Assembly (NCBI GenBank): GCA_035577165.1 | Contig: DATLVV010000109.1 | Coordinates: forward strand, 1-26,640 | Reading direction: 5' to 3' | Origin: Steroidobacteraceae bacterium | GTDB taxonomy: Bacteria; Pseudomonadota; Gammaproteobacteria; Steroidobacterales; Steroidobacteraceae | Length of the DNA stretch: 26,640 nt | Shown here: positions 16,401 to 25,113 of the stretch, piece after piece | Layout: every line of letters starts with the position of its first letter | Position numbering within the stretch: position 1 is the first letter of the stretch | Made by a program: the position numbers and the translations under genes | The notes under the pieces: model-generated | Database searches by the model: none | Told to the model about the DNA's origin: nothing | The model's input: the letters and a program-made list of their open reading frames with translations, nothing else

Positions 16401-16469
16401 TTGGCGCAGGCGCCGTTTCCTTGCAAGGTGGGCGGGGTGGTCGTTGCTATGGAGACACGGGAGAAGTAG
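13467..16469 (+). CDS. Tail tubular protein B / nozzle (T7 gp12-like), 1000 aa
   Basis: N-terminal FNRGEVS...R.DL...N..P...GG...RPG, GWPS.V.F.EGRL, KQPDG.VYL.R.DG, VGWWR, FIEKL motifs. Confidence 0.88.
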   Translation: MARVNAPLLAFNRGEVSKTALARLDLAKLQLAAESQVNWLPTVMGGMMLRPGLNNVGEVAGDSACQLIDFVYAKDDTALLELTAGSMRVWINDVLLSRVAVSTAVLDPNMSGSGGHWDTSDTTAGCTATVTGGVATLTASARGGIARIKQTLSIAGGDQNKEHGLRVVVTNGPVTIRVGSSDGLQDYMTSAEIDTGTHSLVFTPSGANAYLQIESTDTWNKYLTSVSIEAAGVVSVPTPWNAPVLSTLRWHQSNDIVYVAQYGGQQYKIERRGTRPGARGWSVVIYKSNTGPFLNLPTVANLILTPSVYEGNGTLTASRPFFQSGHAGALFRLFTAGQANKTVLGALGAFTDPVRISGVGSVRKLFWTVAGTYSGTLTLQQSFVGPTSGFAPIQTTTGTGSTAYDDTGGPLNNNVVCWLRVGFVNSGDYVSGSATVSFTDGTGSVVGSTTAGACAAGGQYGICRVTGYTSPTSVTIEVLSYGALNGGGAFSTLAGTTNWQESAWSGVQGWPSAVAFIEGRLGWFSAQNFPIALSQSNNYTGFASDDMYGASLGDSAVILASFGDGPADRVNWAVALQRLLLGREQSVASVRSSSFDTPLTPTDFAVKDCSAQGASRLRAIKVGKRAIFIETAGAKVYELAFAPQEADYGDADLTRLNLDIGATGFTDIAYAKQPDGMVYLARGDGLCAALLYDPNDEVVGWWRLMTLGVIENVRTLPNWQSGNDTFVYFVVNRTINGTARRFIEKLAQRGNCIGGLLNQQLDAAYVYSGSPVSSITISWLPSTTVSVWADGAFIGTGTTNGSGVLSALPDGLSHSKIVAGLAGATFSYSGAATGTITGLSAYNGIPGEFFADQQPSGRMIHIGPLTPSGGSVTLPNGITSANVVAFFGYQAPYMSAKLAYGAQLGSALAQKKKIQHVGLAMFDTHATGLQTGQRFDHLDALPQYEDNAAVSASGIWSEYDQPMIEVAGEWDTDARLCLLAQAPFPCKVGGVVVAMETREK

Positions 16470-16471
16470 GC

Positions 16472-16861
16472 GTGCGCGTCACGTTCCGGCCGACTATCCC
16501 CGCTGACATCCCCTTCCTCACCAATCGCCCACTCCCCTCCCGCATCCAGGCCATCACCGCAGAGATCGAGGGCCGCATCATCGGCCTGGGCGGCTTCGCC
16601 TTCCAGCCCGACGGCACGGTGATCGCGTTCGCGGAAATCTCCGACGAGGCCCGCAAGTACCCCGTCGCCATTCACCGGGCGGGCCTGATGGCGATGGACC
16701 TCATCGCCAGGTCGCGGCGGCAGTTCGTGGTGGCGGAAGCCCAGCCGGGAAACCCCGCGGCGGAGCGCTGGCTGTTACGACTGGGGTTCACGCCGACCGA
16801 GATCATGGGGCGCAAAGCCTACGTCTGGGAGCGCGCCGAGCATGTTGCACAACCGGTATAA
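16472..16861 (+). CDS. GNAT-fold protein at the T7 gp13 (internal virion protein A) position, 129 aa
   Basis: GTG 2 nt after the nozzle stop (in frame with track ORF 16373); GNPAAERWLLRLGF matches the GNAT N..A...L..LGF motif. Confidence 0.7.
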   Translation: MRVTFRPTIPADIPFLTNRPLPSRIQAITAEIEGRIIGLGGFAFQPDGTVIAFAEISDEARKYPVAIHRAGLMAMDLIARSRRQFVVAEAQPGNPAAERWLLRLGFTPTEIMGRKAYVWERAEHVAQPV

Positions 16862-17402
16862 CGCAGGCTTGTGGGAGCGGGCGGTGTTTGACCCGGCCAC
16901 GATGCTTGCGGTCGGCACGGGCAGTACCATCGCGGGCGGCGGGCTGTCCGCCTTGGCGACGCTTGCGGGCGGTGGAAGCGCCAAACAGGCAGGCCTCCTC
17001 CAGCAGCAGGCCGAAGAGTTCAAGGCGAAGCAGGCCGAACAGAACGCGGGCCTTGCGATAGCCTCGTCTCAGGTCAAGATGGCCGACACGCAACTGCGGA
17101 CATCGCAGGCGATCTCGACCTCGACGGCGCGGGCGGCGGCATCGGGGGTCGATGCGGGGACGGGCTCTGCCGCGACGAATGTCGGGGAACTGGCGAAGCG
17201 CGGCACCTATTTGGCATCCCTTGATCTCTATAACGGCGAATCCCAGGCAACCGGTCTTCTCAACGAGGCGAAGGGCTTTCGGTATTCCGGGGAGATCGCG
17301 AGAATGGAGGGCGAGGAAAAGGAAAAAGCCTCTGAGCTCCAGGCTCTCGCCACGCTTGCTGGCTCGGCCGGTAGTGCCTTCAAGATGTACGGGAAGGTGT
17401 AA
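16842..17402 (+). CDS. Small internal virion/ejection protein (T7 gp14-like); start may be GTG 16884
   Basis: Gly/Ala-rich hydrophobic N-terminus (TIAGGGLSALATLAGG), Q/A-rich helix, AAASGVD.GTGSA motif typical of this family. Confidence 0.75.
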   Translation: MLHNRYNAGLWERAVFDPATMLAVGTGSTIAGGGLSALATLAGGGSAKQAGLLQQQAEEFKAKQAEQNAGLAIASSQVKMADTQLRTSQAISTSTARAAASGVDAGTGSAATNVGELAKRGTYLASLDLYNGESQATGLLNEAKGFRYSGEIARMEGEEKEKASELQALATLAGSAGSAFKMYGKV

Positions 17403-20021
17403 GTGGCCAAACTTCCCGGCATCATGGACCTCGGCGGTGCGTCGGTCGTCTCGGGCCGCGCGACCGGCAGCGTCGATGTCTCCGGCTACGCCCGCGGGGC
17501 GGAAGCGCTGGCTGGCGCGGGCCGGGCTTTCGGTGCCGCGGTCGCCAAGGTCGGCGGCGATCTTGAGGATGTGGCGAAGAAGCAAGAAGAGACACAATAC
17601 CTCACGGCCACGGCAGGCCGCGACATCGAACTTGCAAACCTTCACACCGAGTTAGCCAAGTCGAAGGACTTCGCGAACCTCGACGATACCTACCAAGCCC
17701 GCTCCAAGGAGATCATCGACAAGTACGCTGCGACCGTGCCGGACGGAAGGCTGCGGGCGCATTACGAGGCGACATCCGGGGTGATGCAGGCGCACGGCGC
17801 CTCGTCAATCTCGACGCAGGCATTCCATGGTCTGACACAGGCCGACGCTGATCACCGCAAGGCGACGCTGTTCGATATCCAGAAGGACATCGGGGACAAT
17901 CCCGACAATCCGTTCCGCGCCGCGGCAATTGACGGCTACAATCTCAAGGTCGATGCCGCGGTGCGTAACGGCTACATGACCCCGGAGCAGGGGGCGCTTG
18001 AAAAGCGCCACGCCGCCGTTGCCCTGCAGACCACGGAAGCGCAGACCGACGCGGTGCGGCAGCCGCTCAAATTCCTGCGCGAGACCGGCGGCTTGCCGCG
18101 GGGCACCGAGGCGCTGCCGGGCTACTGGAACAAGGACGTTGCGAAGCGTGCGGCCGGGGTCGATTCCGACCTCATGGCAGTGGTCAAGCGCGCCTCTGAA
18201 ATCTCCGGGACGCAGTTTGTCATCGGGGACAAGGGTGGGGTGCGGGACCAGGGGACGCAGGACCAGCTTGTTGCCGCGGGCAGGTCACAGACCCGCAACT
18301 CCAATCACCTCACTGGCAGGGCGATCGACCTCATCCCGATCGTCAATGGAAAGCCAAATCCGGAAGCCTCACCCGACCAGTACCAGGAAATCTCCCGCGC
18401 CATGAAGCAGGCGTCCACGGAATTGGGCGTCAACGTCGGCTGGGGTGGGGACTGGAAGTCGTTCAAGGACGACGCGCATTTCGAACTGCCGAGGGATCAC
18501 GCGGCGGGACCGAACAAGTTCGGCCTCATCGATCCAAACACGATGCTGCGGCTGCAGAACCACGCACAAACGATTTTGCGCCAGCGCTCGACCGACGAGA
18601 TGCGGATTGCGGCGCAAAACCAGACGGCCGCGGCGCAAGGCTATGAGCGCTCCATCATCGATGGCGAAGCCGGCGTTGCCGCGCTTCCGCAGCGCAAGCA
18701 GATCGAGGACGATCCCACCCTCGACGAAGGTCACCGCAACACACTGTTGAAGCGGCTCGATGCGGCCTCCCGGCAAGATGACGCCTACAACGAGACCCTT
18801 GCCAAGTTCATGAGGCCGGACGGCGGGTTCTTCAACCCGTTCGACACCGACGAGCGCAAGCAGGTCGACAAGATTTACCGCAACCTCGGTGGCGACCAGA
18901 AGGCGCTCGAAACGGTCATCGACCGCACCGGGATTGTCCCAGCCACAGCGGCGGCGGGGATGCGTGGCGCACTAGTGTCGAACAATGCGCCGGCCGTCAT
19001 AGCCACAGCCCAGACCGCCCGCAACCTGATGGCCCGCAACCCGCAAATCTTCGCGGGGACCACGGGACAGAGCGACATCGAAAGCGCGGCCATCTCCTAT
19101 GGCCAGTACACCGAACACTTCGGGATGACCCCGGAGCAGGCGGCACAGAAGATCATCGAAGGCAATTCCCCCGAGTACAAGGCGAAGGTGGCCGCCCGCA
19201 TCAAAAACGAGGACGTGGGCGAGATCATCAAGAAGCAACTCGACCCCGCTGATTTGCAGAAGGCCTTCAACGAAGGGTGGACCCGGTTCGGTCGTCCCAA
19301 TATCGAGTTCACGGAGGGTGCCAAGGCTGCGGCATACAGCGATTACGCCGAGTTGTTCAAATCGAAGTACATGGAATCCGGCAACGTCGATACCGCCAAG
19401 GCCCAGGCGATCGAGCAGATGAAGAAAATCTGGGGCGTGTCCCATCTCAATGGGACAGGCTCCGGCACGCTGATGCGCTATCCCCCGGAGCGGGCGCCAG
19501 CCTATGCGGGAATACCCGACGTGGTGGGACGGATCGCCGACGAGGCGATTGCTGCCATCAAAGCGGAAGCCGGGCCTTCCGGACCGCAACTCGAAAAGGG
19601 TGCGCCGGAAGGTGTGGCGATCACCCGCGACAAGATCATCCTCACGCCGACTCCGCGCGGCGAAACCGCGCAAGCCTACATGGCCGGCGAGCCGGTGCCC
19701 TACATCCTGTCGTGGTTCGACAAGGACGGCCATTTGCAGATGCTCAACCCCGGCAAGGCCTTCGTGTTCGATGGCCAGAAGGCGCGGGAGAAGATCACCG
19801 AGGAACGCCGTGTGGGGCTGGAAAATGCAGTTAAGAGCACGGGTGAAATGGTTACTGCGTTGGGTGGACAGGGTGACACGCCGGTCATCGGTACGCCGTC
19901 CAAGGTTGAGCCAAGGACGGCGGCGCCCGTTCTAGCGGCCAAGCCAGACATTCCCGCCGCGCCTACGGACACTTTTGTCCTGCCCGGCAACCGCCGCCCC
20001 GGCCTTCCGACGTTGAAATAA
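17403..20021 (+). CDS. Internal virion/ejection protein (gp15-position) with embedded M15-family (L-Ala-D-Glu type) peptidase domain, 872 aa
   Basis: Helical Ala-rich body; at about 18120-18490 R...Q..L...GRS.T.NS.HLTGRAIDL and WGGDW.SFKD.AHFEL give the H/D/H zinc-ligand pattern of M15C peptidases. Confidence 0.82.
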   Translation: MAKLPGIMDLGGASVVSGRATGSVDVSGYARGAEALAGAGRAFGAAVAKVGGDLEDVAKKQEETQYLTATAGRDIELANLHTELAKSKDFANLDDTYQARSKEIIDKYAATVPDGRLRAHYEATSGVMQAHGASSISTQAFHGLTQADADHRKATLFDIQKDIGDNPDNPFRAAAIDGYNLKVDAAVRNGYMTPEQGALEKRHAAVALQTTEAQTDAVRQPLKFLRETGGLPRGTEALPGYWNKDVAKRAAGVDSDLMAVVKRASEISGTQFVIGDKGGVRDQGTQDQLVAAGRSQTRNSNHLTGRAIDLIPIVNGKPNPEASPDQYQEISRAMKQASTELGVNVGWGGDWKSFKDDAHFELPRDHAAGPNKFGLIDPNTMLRLQNHAQTILRQRSTDEMRIAAQNQTAAAQGYERSIIDGEAGVAALPQRKQIEDDPTLDEGHRNTLLKRLDAASRQDDAYNETLAKFMRPDGGFFNPFDTDERKQVDKIYRNLGGDQKALETVIDRTGIVPATAAAGMRGALVSNNAPAVIATAQTARNLMARNPQIFAGTTGQSDIESAAISYGQYTEHFGMTPEQAAQKIIEGNSPEYKAKVAARIKNEDVGEIIKKQLDPADLQKAFNEGWTRFGRPNIEFTEGAKAAAYSDYAELFKSKYMESGNVDTAKAQAIEQMKKIWGVSHLNGTGSGTLMRYPPERAPAYAGIPDVVGRIADEAIAAIKAEAGPSGPQLEKGAPEGVAITRDKIILTPTPRGETAQAYMAGEPVPYILSWFDKDGHLQMLNPGKAFVFDGQKAREKITEERRVGLENAVKSTGEMVTALGGQGDTPVIGTPSKVEPRTAAPVLAAKPDIPAAPTDTFVLPGNRRPGLPTLK

Positions 20022-20024
20022 CCA

Positions 20025-23000
20025 ATGCCCATCGTCGACCTCGAAGCGCCGTCTCCCTTCCGCATCTCCGGCCGCCCGGAGGGCTTCGCCGTCACGCCCG
20101 GCGAGGATGACCTCACCAAGGGATCGGATGCGCCGGATACCTCGCCGGGTTCCGTGGCGGCTGCGGCGTTTCGCCAAAACAACATGATTGCGTCGGCGAT
20201 TACCCGCAAGGACTGGGGCGCCGAGCGCGAGGTGGAGCCCGGTTTCAATCCGTGGGACGCCATCAAGGGCACGAAGTACGAGCCGCACTGGAATTCGTTC
20301 GTGGACATCCGGTCCAGTTCTGGGGCGGACGCGCGCAAGCGGCAACTCGACATGGAGGATGAGGACCGGCGCACGCTTGCCGCGGCCAATTGGTCGCAGA
20401 ACTTGGTAATGGGGCTTCTTGCCGGCACGGCTGATCCCACGGTGTTGTTGCCCGCTGGGGAGTTCGTTCGGGGGGTGAAGGGCGGCATCTCGATTGCTGG
20501 CACGGCGCTAAAGACCGGGGCCGCAGCGGGTGGTGCTGCGGCGCTGCAAGAGACCGGCCTCCACGCGACACAGCAACTCCGCGAGACTTCAGAATCCGCG
20601 ATGAACATCGGCGCGTCGGTGTTCCTCGGCGGCTTGCTCGGGGCAGGGGGCGCGAAACTGCTCTCCCATGCGGAATGGAACACAGCGGTCGCTGGGCTCA
20701 ATCGCGATCTCGGTGTGACAGCCAAGGCGCCTATTGCCGGCGGCCCGCTGCACGAGATCGTCCTCGCCCACCCCGACGTATCCGAGGCCATCGCCAACCC
20801 GAAGATCAATCGCACCCAGGACGTGCCCTATACGGCTGGGCCGGACAAGACGGGGCCGGGGCTCAACATTGATCAGCATTTCCCGCATGAGTTCACGGTC
20901 GAAGGCAAGACCTTCGACCCCGCCCAACCCTTCGCGGTGCACGAGTTCTCCGAACGCCACGCGATGGAAAAGCTGATCGCGGGAGGAATGGATCAAGAAA
21001 CCGCCTACAAAGTCGCCCACTGGGAAGTTGCCGAACCGGCCGAGGGAGGCTGGTACGAAGCAAACGGCATCGACCAGGGAAAAGCCGAAGCCGCCTATCA
21101 GCCCTTCATCGACCAGATCGAGCACGAAAAGCTCGCCAAAGGCGACGGAGACGTTCCCCGAGACCTCTACCGAAAGCCGTATCCCCACGACAGCGTCGAC
21201 GCTGCAGCAAGAGAAAAGGCGCCAGTTCCGAAACCGACGGCGGAAGAGGCGGCAAGAGGCCGCGAAATCCTGGCGCAGGGGGAAGCGAAAGCATCCGGGG
21301 CTCCCGCCTCCGTGGGGGCCGCCGCGCAGGAACCGGTGACGATCGAGGGCAACGCCATCGCCGGACGGGCCGCGGGCGCCGTGGCTGCGGCTACGGCGAA
21401 ACTCAACCCGCTGCTTCGCCTGATGCAGAGCCCGTCCGCGACGGTGCGCGAGGTCGCCGGCAAGCTTTTCGAGAATCCGCTCTACCTCAAAAAGAACTTC
21501 GAGGGCGTGGCCTCAGAGCCGGCCGTCGAGACCTTGATGAAGGAGTGGAATGGGGGCCTCGTCAAGGCGCTGCAGTCGACCGAGGGCGCCTGGCGCGACT
21601 ACCGCAAGGCCGGCGGCCAACTGAGCAAGACAGAATTCCGCGAGGCTGTGGGCCGCGCGATGCGCCGCAAGGACGAAAGCGAGATTCCCGAAGTCGCCAA
21701 GGTCGCCAAGGCGTGGCGGTCGCAGGTGTTCGATCCTCTCAAAGAGGCGGCGATCAAGGCCGGGCTGCTGCCCGAAGATGTGTCGGTCGATACCGCGGCG
21801 TCCTACTTCTCCCGCATGTGGAACCGCAACCGGCTGATCGCGCAAGAGGGGCGGTTCAAGGGGATTGTTTCGGATCACTACTCGGGAGTGATTGGGCGGG
21901 AGTACGACAAGGCGACGGCGTCAACGCGCTCCAGGCTTGCCAAGCTTGATCAGGAAATTGCCGATCTCACGCTTTCGGCGGAGGGGCGGGCAGAACAACT
22001 CTCCAAGGTCGAGGCCGAACTCGCGGCCCATGAGGAAGCCGGCGACGCCTATCAGGGCTTCACGGAAAAGGCCGATCGCCTAGGCGAACTTGCGGGCGAA
22101 ATGCGCAAGGCCAAGGACGCGGGCGACACGGCCGCGCTGGAGGCGGCAAGAGCCGAAGCCAAGGCCATCAAGGAGCAGGGTGGCAAGGCACTCAAGGAGT
22201 TCATGGCGGAGCGGGCCGCGCTGCGCACACGGCGGCGCAATATCGACCTCGGCGCGGCCGGAATTAGTGAACGCGCCCAAGCCATCGCGGAAGGCCTCGC
22301 CGATCTCGAAGAGGCGAACCAGCGCAGCATGCAACGGCTTGTCAAGCGTGGGCAAGTCCTCGAACGCGACCTCGACAAGATCGACCCGGATGTCCTCGCC
22401 GAGCGCATCGGCGGCATGCGGGACTCTTTCATCTCGATGGCGCAAAAGCACGATGCCGCGGCCGACCGCGCCGACCAGGCGATTGCGAAGATCAAGGAGG
22501 ATGCACAGAAGCGCGCCGAACGCGCGGACGTGCGGGAGGACAAGGAAGCTGCTCCCGTGGTTCCGGCCCGCAAGGCCGGCCTGTCGCTTCTGGCGTTCAT
22601 TCGAAAGCGCGGTGGCATTGCCGCCAGTGATGCGCTTGCGGGTGACGTGAAGGGCCTCGGCCTGGGGCGGATGCTTTCCAAGCGCGGGGTTCCGTTGGAT
22701 CGCCTCCGCGAAGCCGCGGTCGAGGCGGGTTACCTGACCGACGAAGGCGCGCGTGGGGGTGGCGTCAGCACCAGCACCGTCAATGATCTGCTCGACTCCA
22801 TGGGGGCGGAGGCGCGCGGCAACAAGGTCTACATTCCCGGCGAAGAACCACTCCCTGAGATCAGGCCGCCCGTGGGCGGCGGGCCGCTCGGCCGCAGCGA
22901 GAAGGGATCGCAAATCCTTGATGCCGCAGAGGCGAAGATCATCGATCGCCTCGAAAAGCATGCGGCCGAACAGCGCGCGCGGGCGGAGCGTATGGAAACG

Positions 23001-24923
23001 ATCTCCACCCGCCTCGACATTGCGGAGGACTTCGACCGCGAGGGTGCGGTTGCCGAGTTGCGGCGGAGTATCGACAGGTCGGTCGCCGAAGTCTCCAATG
23101 TAAGCCTGGGCCGTGGCGAACGTGCCCAGCGGATGCAGGAACGTCTCGCCGCCCTCGACCCCGCGAAGGTCAAGAAGCGCGTCGAGGTTGTCGAGCAGAT
23201 GAAGCGGGACCTCCAGCGCGCCTATTACGACCGCTGGGAAACGAAGAACCTGGGCCAGAACGTCGACCTTTTTGCCGCCGACAAGGAGCGCCCCGACTTC
23301 TCGGACATGGCCCGCGAGATCGCCGACACCGCTTACAACACCCTGACCGGCCGCACCGAGTCCGGCGTCCGTCCAGAATTCATGTCCGTGGGCACCCGCG
23401 GCCCGATGAAGGACCGCACCTTCAACATTCCCGACGAACTGATCGAGGACTTCCTGGAGCACGACATCGATCATGTTGGACGCCGCTATGCGCGGGTGAT
23501 GGGCGCCGATGTCGAGATGGCGCACAAGTTCGGCTCTGTCGACATGAAGGAGCAACTGGAATCCATCCGGGCGAACTATGACAGGCTGCGCTCCGGCGTG
23601 ACCGACGAGGCGATACTCGCCAAGCTCGGCAAGCAGGAGCGCGCCGACGTGGACGACATGACGGCGCTGCGCGATCTTCTGCGCGGCACCCGCGCCGAAT
23701 CCCCGGTCGAGCGCAACTTCGGCAAGATCGCCCGCGTCGCGGCCCATATCAACTACATCCGCCAGATGGGCGAGGTGGTGCTCGCGTCTCTCACCGACGC
23801 CATCCGCCCCGCCATGGTGCACGGCCTCACGCCGTACATGGCAACGGTCGGTCAACTCGCGAAGAACCTCGACGCCATCAAGCTGTCGGTCGGGGAGGCC
23901 CAACTTGCCGGAAACGTCGCCGAGCGCATTCTCGCTCATCGCATGGCGACCCTGACGGATATTGCCGACCCCTATGCCTCCCGTGGTCCGGTCGAGGCCT
24001 TCATGGAAAACATGTCGAATGTCGCTTCCAAGTGGAACGGCATCCGGCTGTGGACCGATATGATGAAGTCCTTTACCGCGGTGATGACGCAGAACCGCAT
24101 CCTCGGCAACGTCGATCGCTTCGCGAAGATCAAGGGCAGCGAGCGGGCCTATATGGCGATGCTTGGCATCGACGAAAGCATGGCGGAGCGCATCGCGGCG
24201 CAGGTCGCAAAACACGGCGAAACCATCGACGGCGTGCGTGTTGCCGGCACCGAGAACTGGACCGACGACGTGGCCCGGCGCACCTACCGTGCGGCCGTGA
24301 ACAAGGACATGGACTCCATCATCGTGCAGTCCGGCAAGGCCGACGTGCCGCTGTTCTCGCACACCCCGATGGGGAAGATGCTGCTGCAGTTCCAGTCGTT
24401 CAATCTCGCCTCGCACCAGCGGGTAATGATGCGTGGCCTGCAGGAAAGTCCCACACGTTTCATCGGCGGCACCATCGCCATGAACTCGATGGGCATGCTG
24501 ATGACCTACCTCAAGGCTCTGAGCGGGAACCGCACCGAAAAGCAGGAAGCCTTCACGTCGAATCCGGGCTGGTGGATCGGGGAGGGGCTTGACCGCTCCG
24601 GCATCATCCCTGTCCCGATGGAACTTGCGAACCGTTTCGAGAAGATGACCGGCGTAAACCCCATCAAGGGTGCCCTGAAGGTCTTCGATAAGGGCTCGGC
24701 CGAAAGCCAGAAGAACCAGAACCGCAGCGGCTTCGGCTCGATGCTCGGCCCCACTGTCGGGCTTGGTGAGGACATCTTCAACGTCGCCAAGATTCCGCGC
24801 ACCCTCTACGATGGCAAGGACGTGAGCCAGGCCCAGAAGAACGCCGCGGTGCGGTTGGTGCCGTTCAACTCCTATTTTGGCTGGCGGCAGATGTTGAACT
24901 ACGTGGTGAATCCGCCGCACTAG
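20025..24923 (+). CDS. Large internal virion/ejection protein (gp16-position), 1632 aa, with inserted domains
   Basis: Largest ORF, follows the two other ejection genes; helical; core segments SYFSRMWN, RGPMKDRT.NIPDE.IEDFLE.D, LLQFQSF; long coiled coil at about 21890-23230. Confidence 0.82.
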   Translation: MPIVDLEAPSPFRISGRPEGFAVTPGEDDLTKGSDAPDTSPGSVAAAAFRQNNMIASAITRKDWGAEREVEPGFNPWDAIKGTKYEPHWNSFVDIRSSSGADARKRQLDMEDEDRRTLAAANWSQNLVMGLLAGTADPTVLLPAGEFVRGVKGGISIAGTALKTGAAAGGAAALQETGLHATQQLRETSESAMNIGASVFLGGLLGAGGAKLLSHAEWNTAVAGLNRDLGVTAKAPIAGGPLHEIVLAHPDVSEAIANPKINRTQDVPYTAGPDKTGPGLNIDQHFPHEFTVEGKTFDPAQPFAVHEFSERHAMEKLIAGGMDQETAYKVAHWEVAEPAEGGWYEANGIDQGKAEAAYQPFIDQIEHEKLAKGDGDVPRDLYRKPYPHDSVDAAAREKAPVPKPTAEEAARGREILAQGEAKASGAPASVGAAAQEPVTIEGNAIAGRAAGAVAAATAKLNPLLRLMQSPSATVREVAGKLFENPLYLKKNFEGVASEPAVETLMKEWNGGLVKALQSTEGAWRDYRKAGGQLSKTEFREAVGRAMRRKDESEIPEVAKVAKAWRSQVFDPLKEAAIKAGLLPEDVSVDTAASYFSRMWNRNRLIAQEGRFKGIVSDHYSGVIGREYDKATASTRSRLAKLDQEIADLTLSAEGRAEQLSKVEAELAAHEEAGDAYQGFTEKADRLGELAGEMRKAKDAGDTAALEAARAEAKAIKEQGGKALKEFMAERAALRTRRRNIDLGAAGISERAQAIAEGLADLEEANQRSMQRLVKRGQVLERDLDKIDPDVLAERIGGMRDSFISMAQKHDAAADRADQAIAKIKEDAQKRAERADVREDKEAAPVVPARKAGLSLLAFIRKRGGIAASDALAGDVKGLGLGRMLSKRGVPLDRLREAAVEAGYLTDEGARGGGVSTSTVNDLLDSMGAEARGNKVYIPGEEPLPEIRPPVGGGPLGRSEKGSQILDAAEAKIIDRLEKHAAEQRARAERMETISTRLDIAEDFDREGAVAELRRSIDRSVAEVSNVSLGRGERAQRMQERLAALDPAKVKKRVEVVEQMKRDLQRAYYDRWETKNLGQNVDLFAADKERPDFSDMAREIADTAYNTLTGRTESGVRPEFMSVGTRGPMKDRTFNIPDELIEDFLEHDIDHVGRRYARVMGADVEMAHKFGSVDMKEQLESIRANYDRLRSGVTDEAILAKLGKQERADVDDMTALRDLLRGTRAESPVERNFGKIARVAAHINYIRQMGEVVLASLTDAIRPAMVHGLTPYMATVGQLAKNLDAIKLSVGEAQLAGNVAERILAHRMATLTDIADPYASRGPVEAFMENMSNVASKWNGIRLWTDMMKSFTAVMTQNRILGNVDRFAKIKGSERAYMAMLGIDESMAERIAAQVAKHGETIDGVRVAGTENWTDDVARRTYRAAVNKDMDSIIVQSGKADVPLFSHTPMGKMLLQFQSFNLASHQRVMMRGLQESPTRFIGGTIAMNSMGMLMTYLKALSGNRTEKQEAFTSNPGWWIGEGLDRSGIIPVPMELANRFEKMTGVNPIKGALKVFDKGSAESQKNQNRSGFGSMLGPTVGLGEDIFNVAKIPRTLYDGKDVSQAQKNAAVRLVPFNSYFGWRQMLNYVVNPPH

Positions 24924-25057
24924 CGGCATTCGTACTTGTACGGCCCGGACCCGCACTCGTGCATCGCGGGGCCGCCGAGACCAAGCAATCCGAACACGAT
25001 CGGGACCAAGAGGCTCGCGAGCAACAGCATCGCGCCGATGATGGTTTCGCGGCTCAT
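24920..25057 (-). CDS. Antisense single-pass membrane microprotein (45 aa), below ORF-track cutoff
   Basis: MSRETIIGAMLLLASLLVPIVFGLLGLGGPAMHECGSGPYKYECR; GGAGG SD (plus-strand CCTCC 25066-25070) 8 nt before ATG; its TAG overlaps the TAG of the convergent gene in a CTAG palindrome. Confidence 0.7.
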   Translation of the reverse strand: MSRETIIGAMLLLASLLVPIVFGLLGLGGPAMHECGSGPYKYECR

Positions 25058-25113
25058 CGTGCATCCCTCCGGTTGAGGGCTGCGACCTTACACCAATTCC
25101 CCACGGAGCGACC

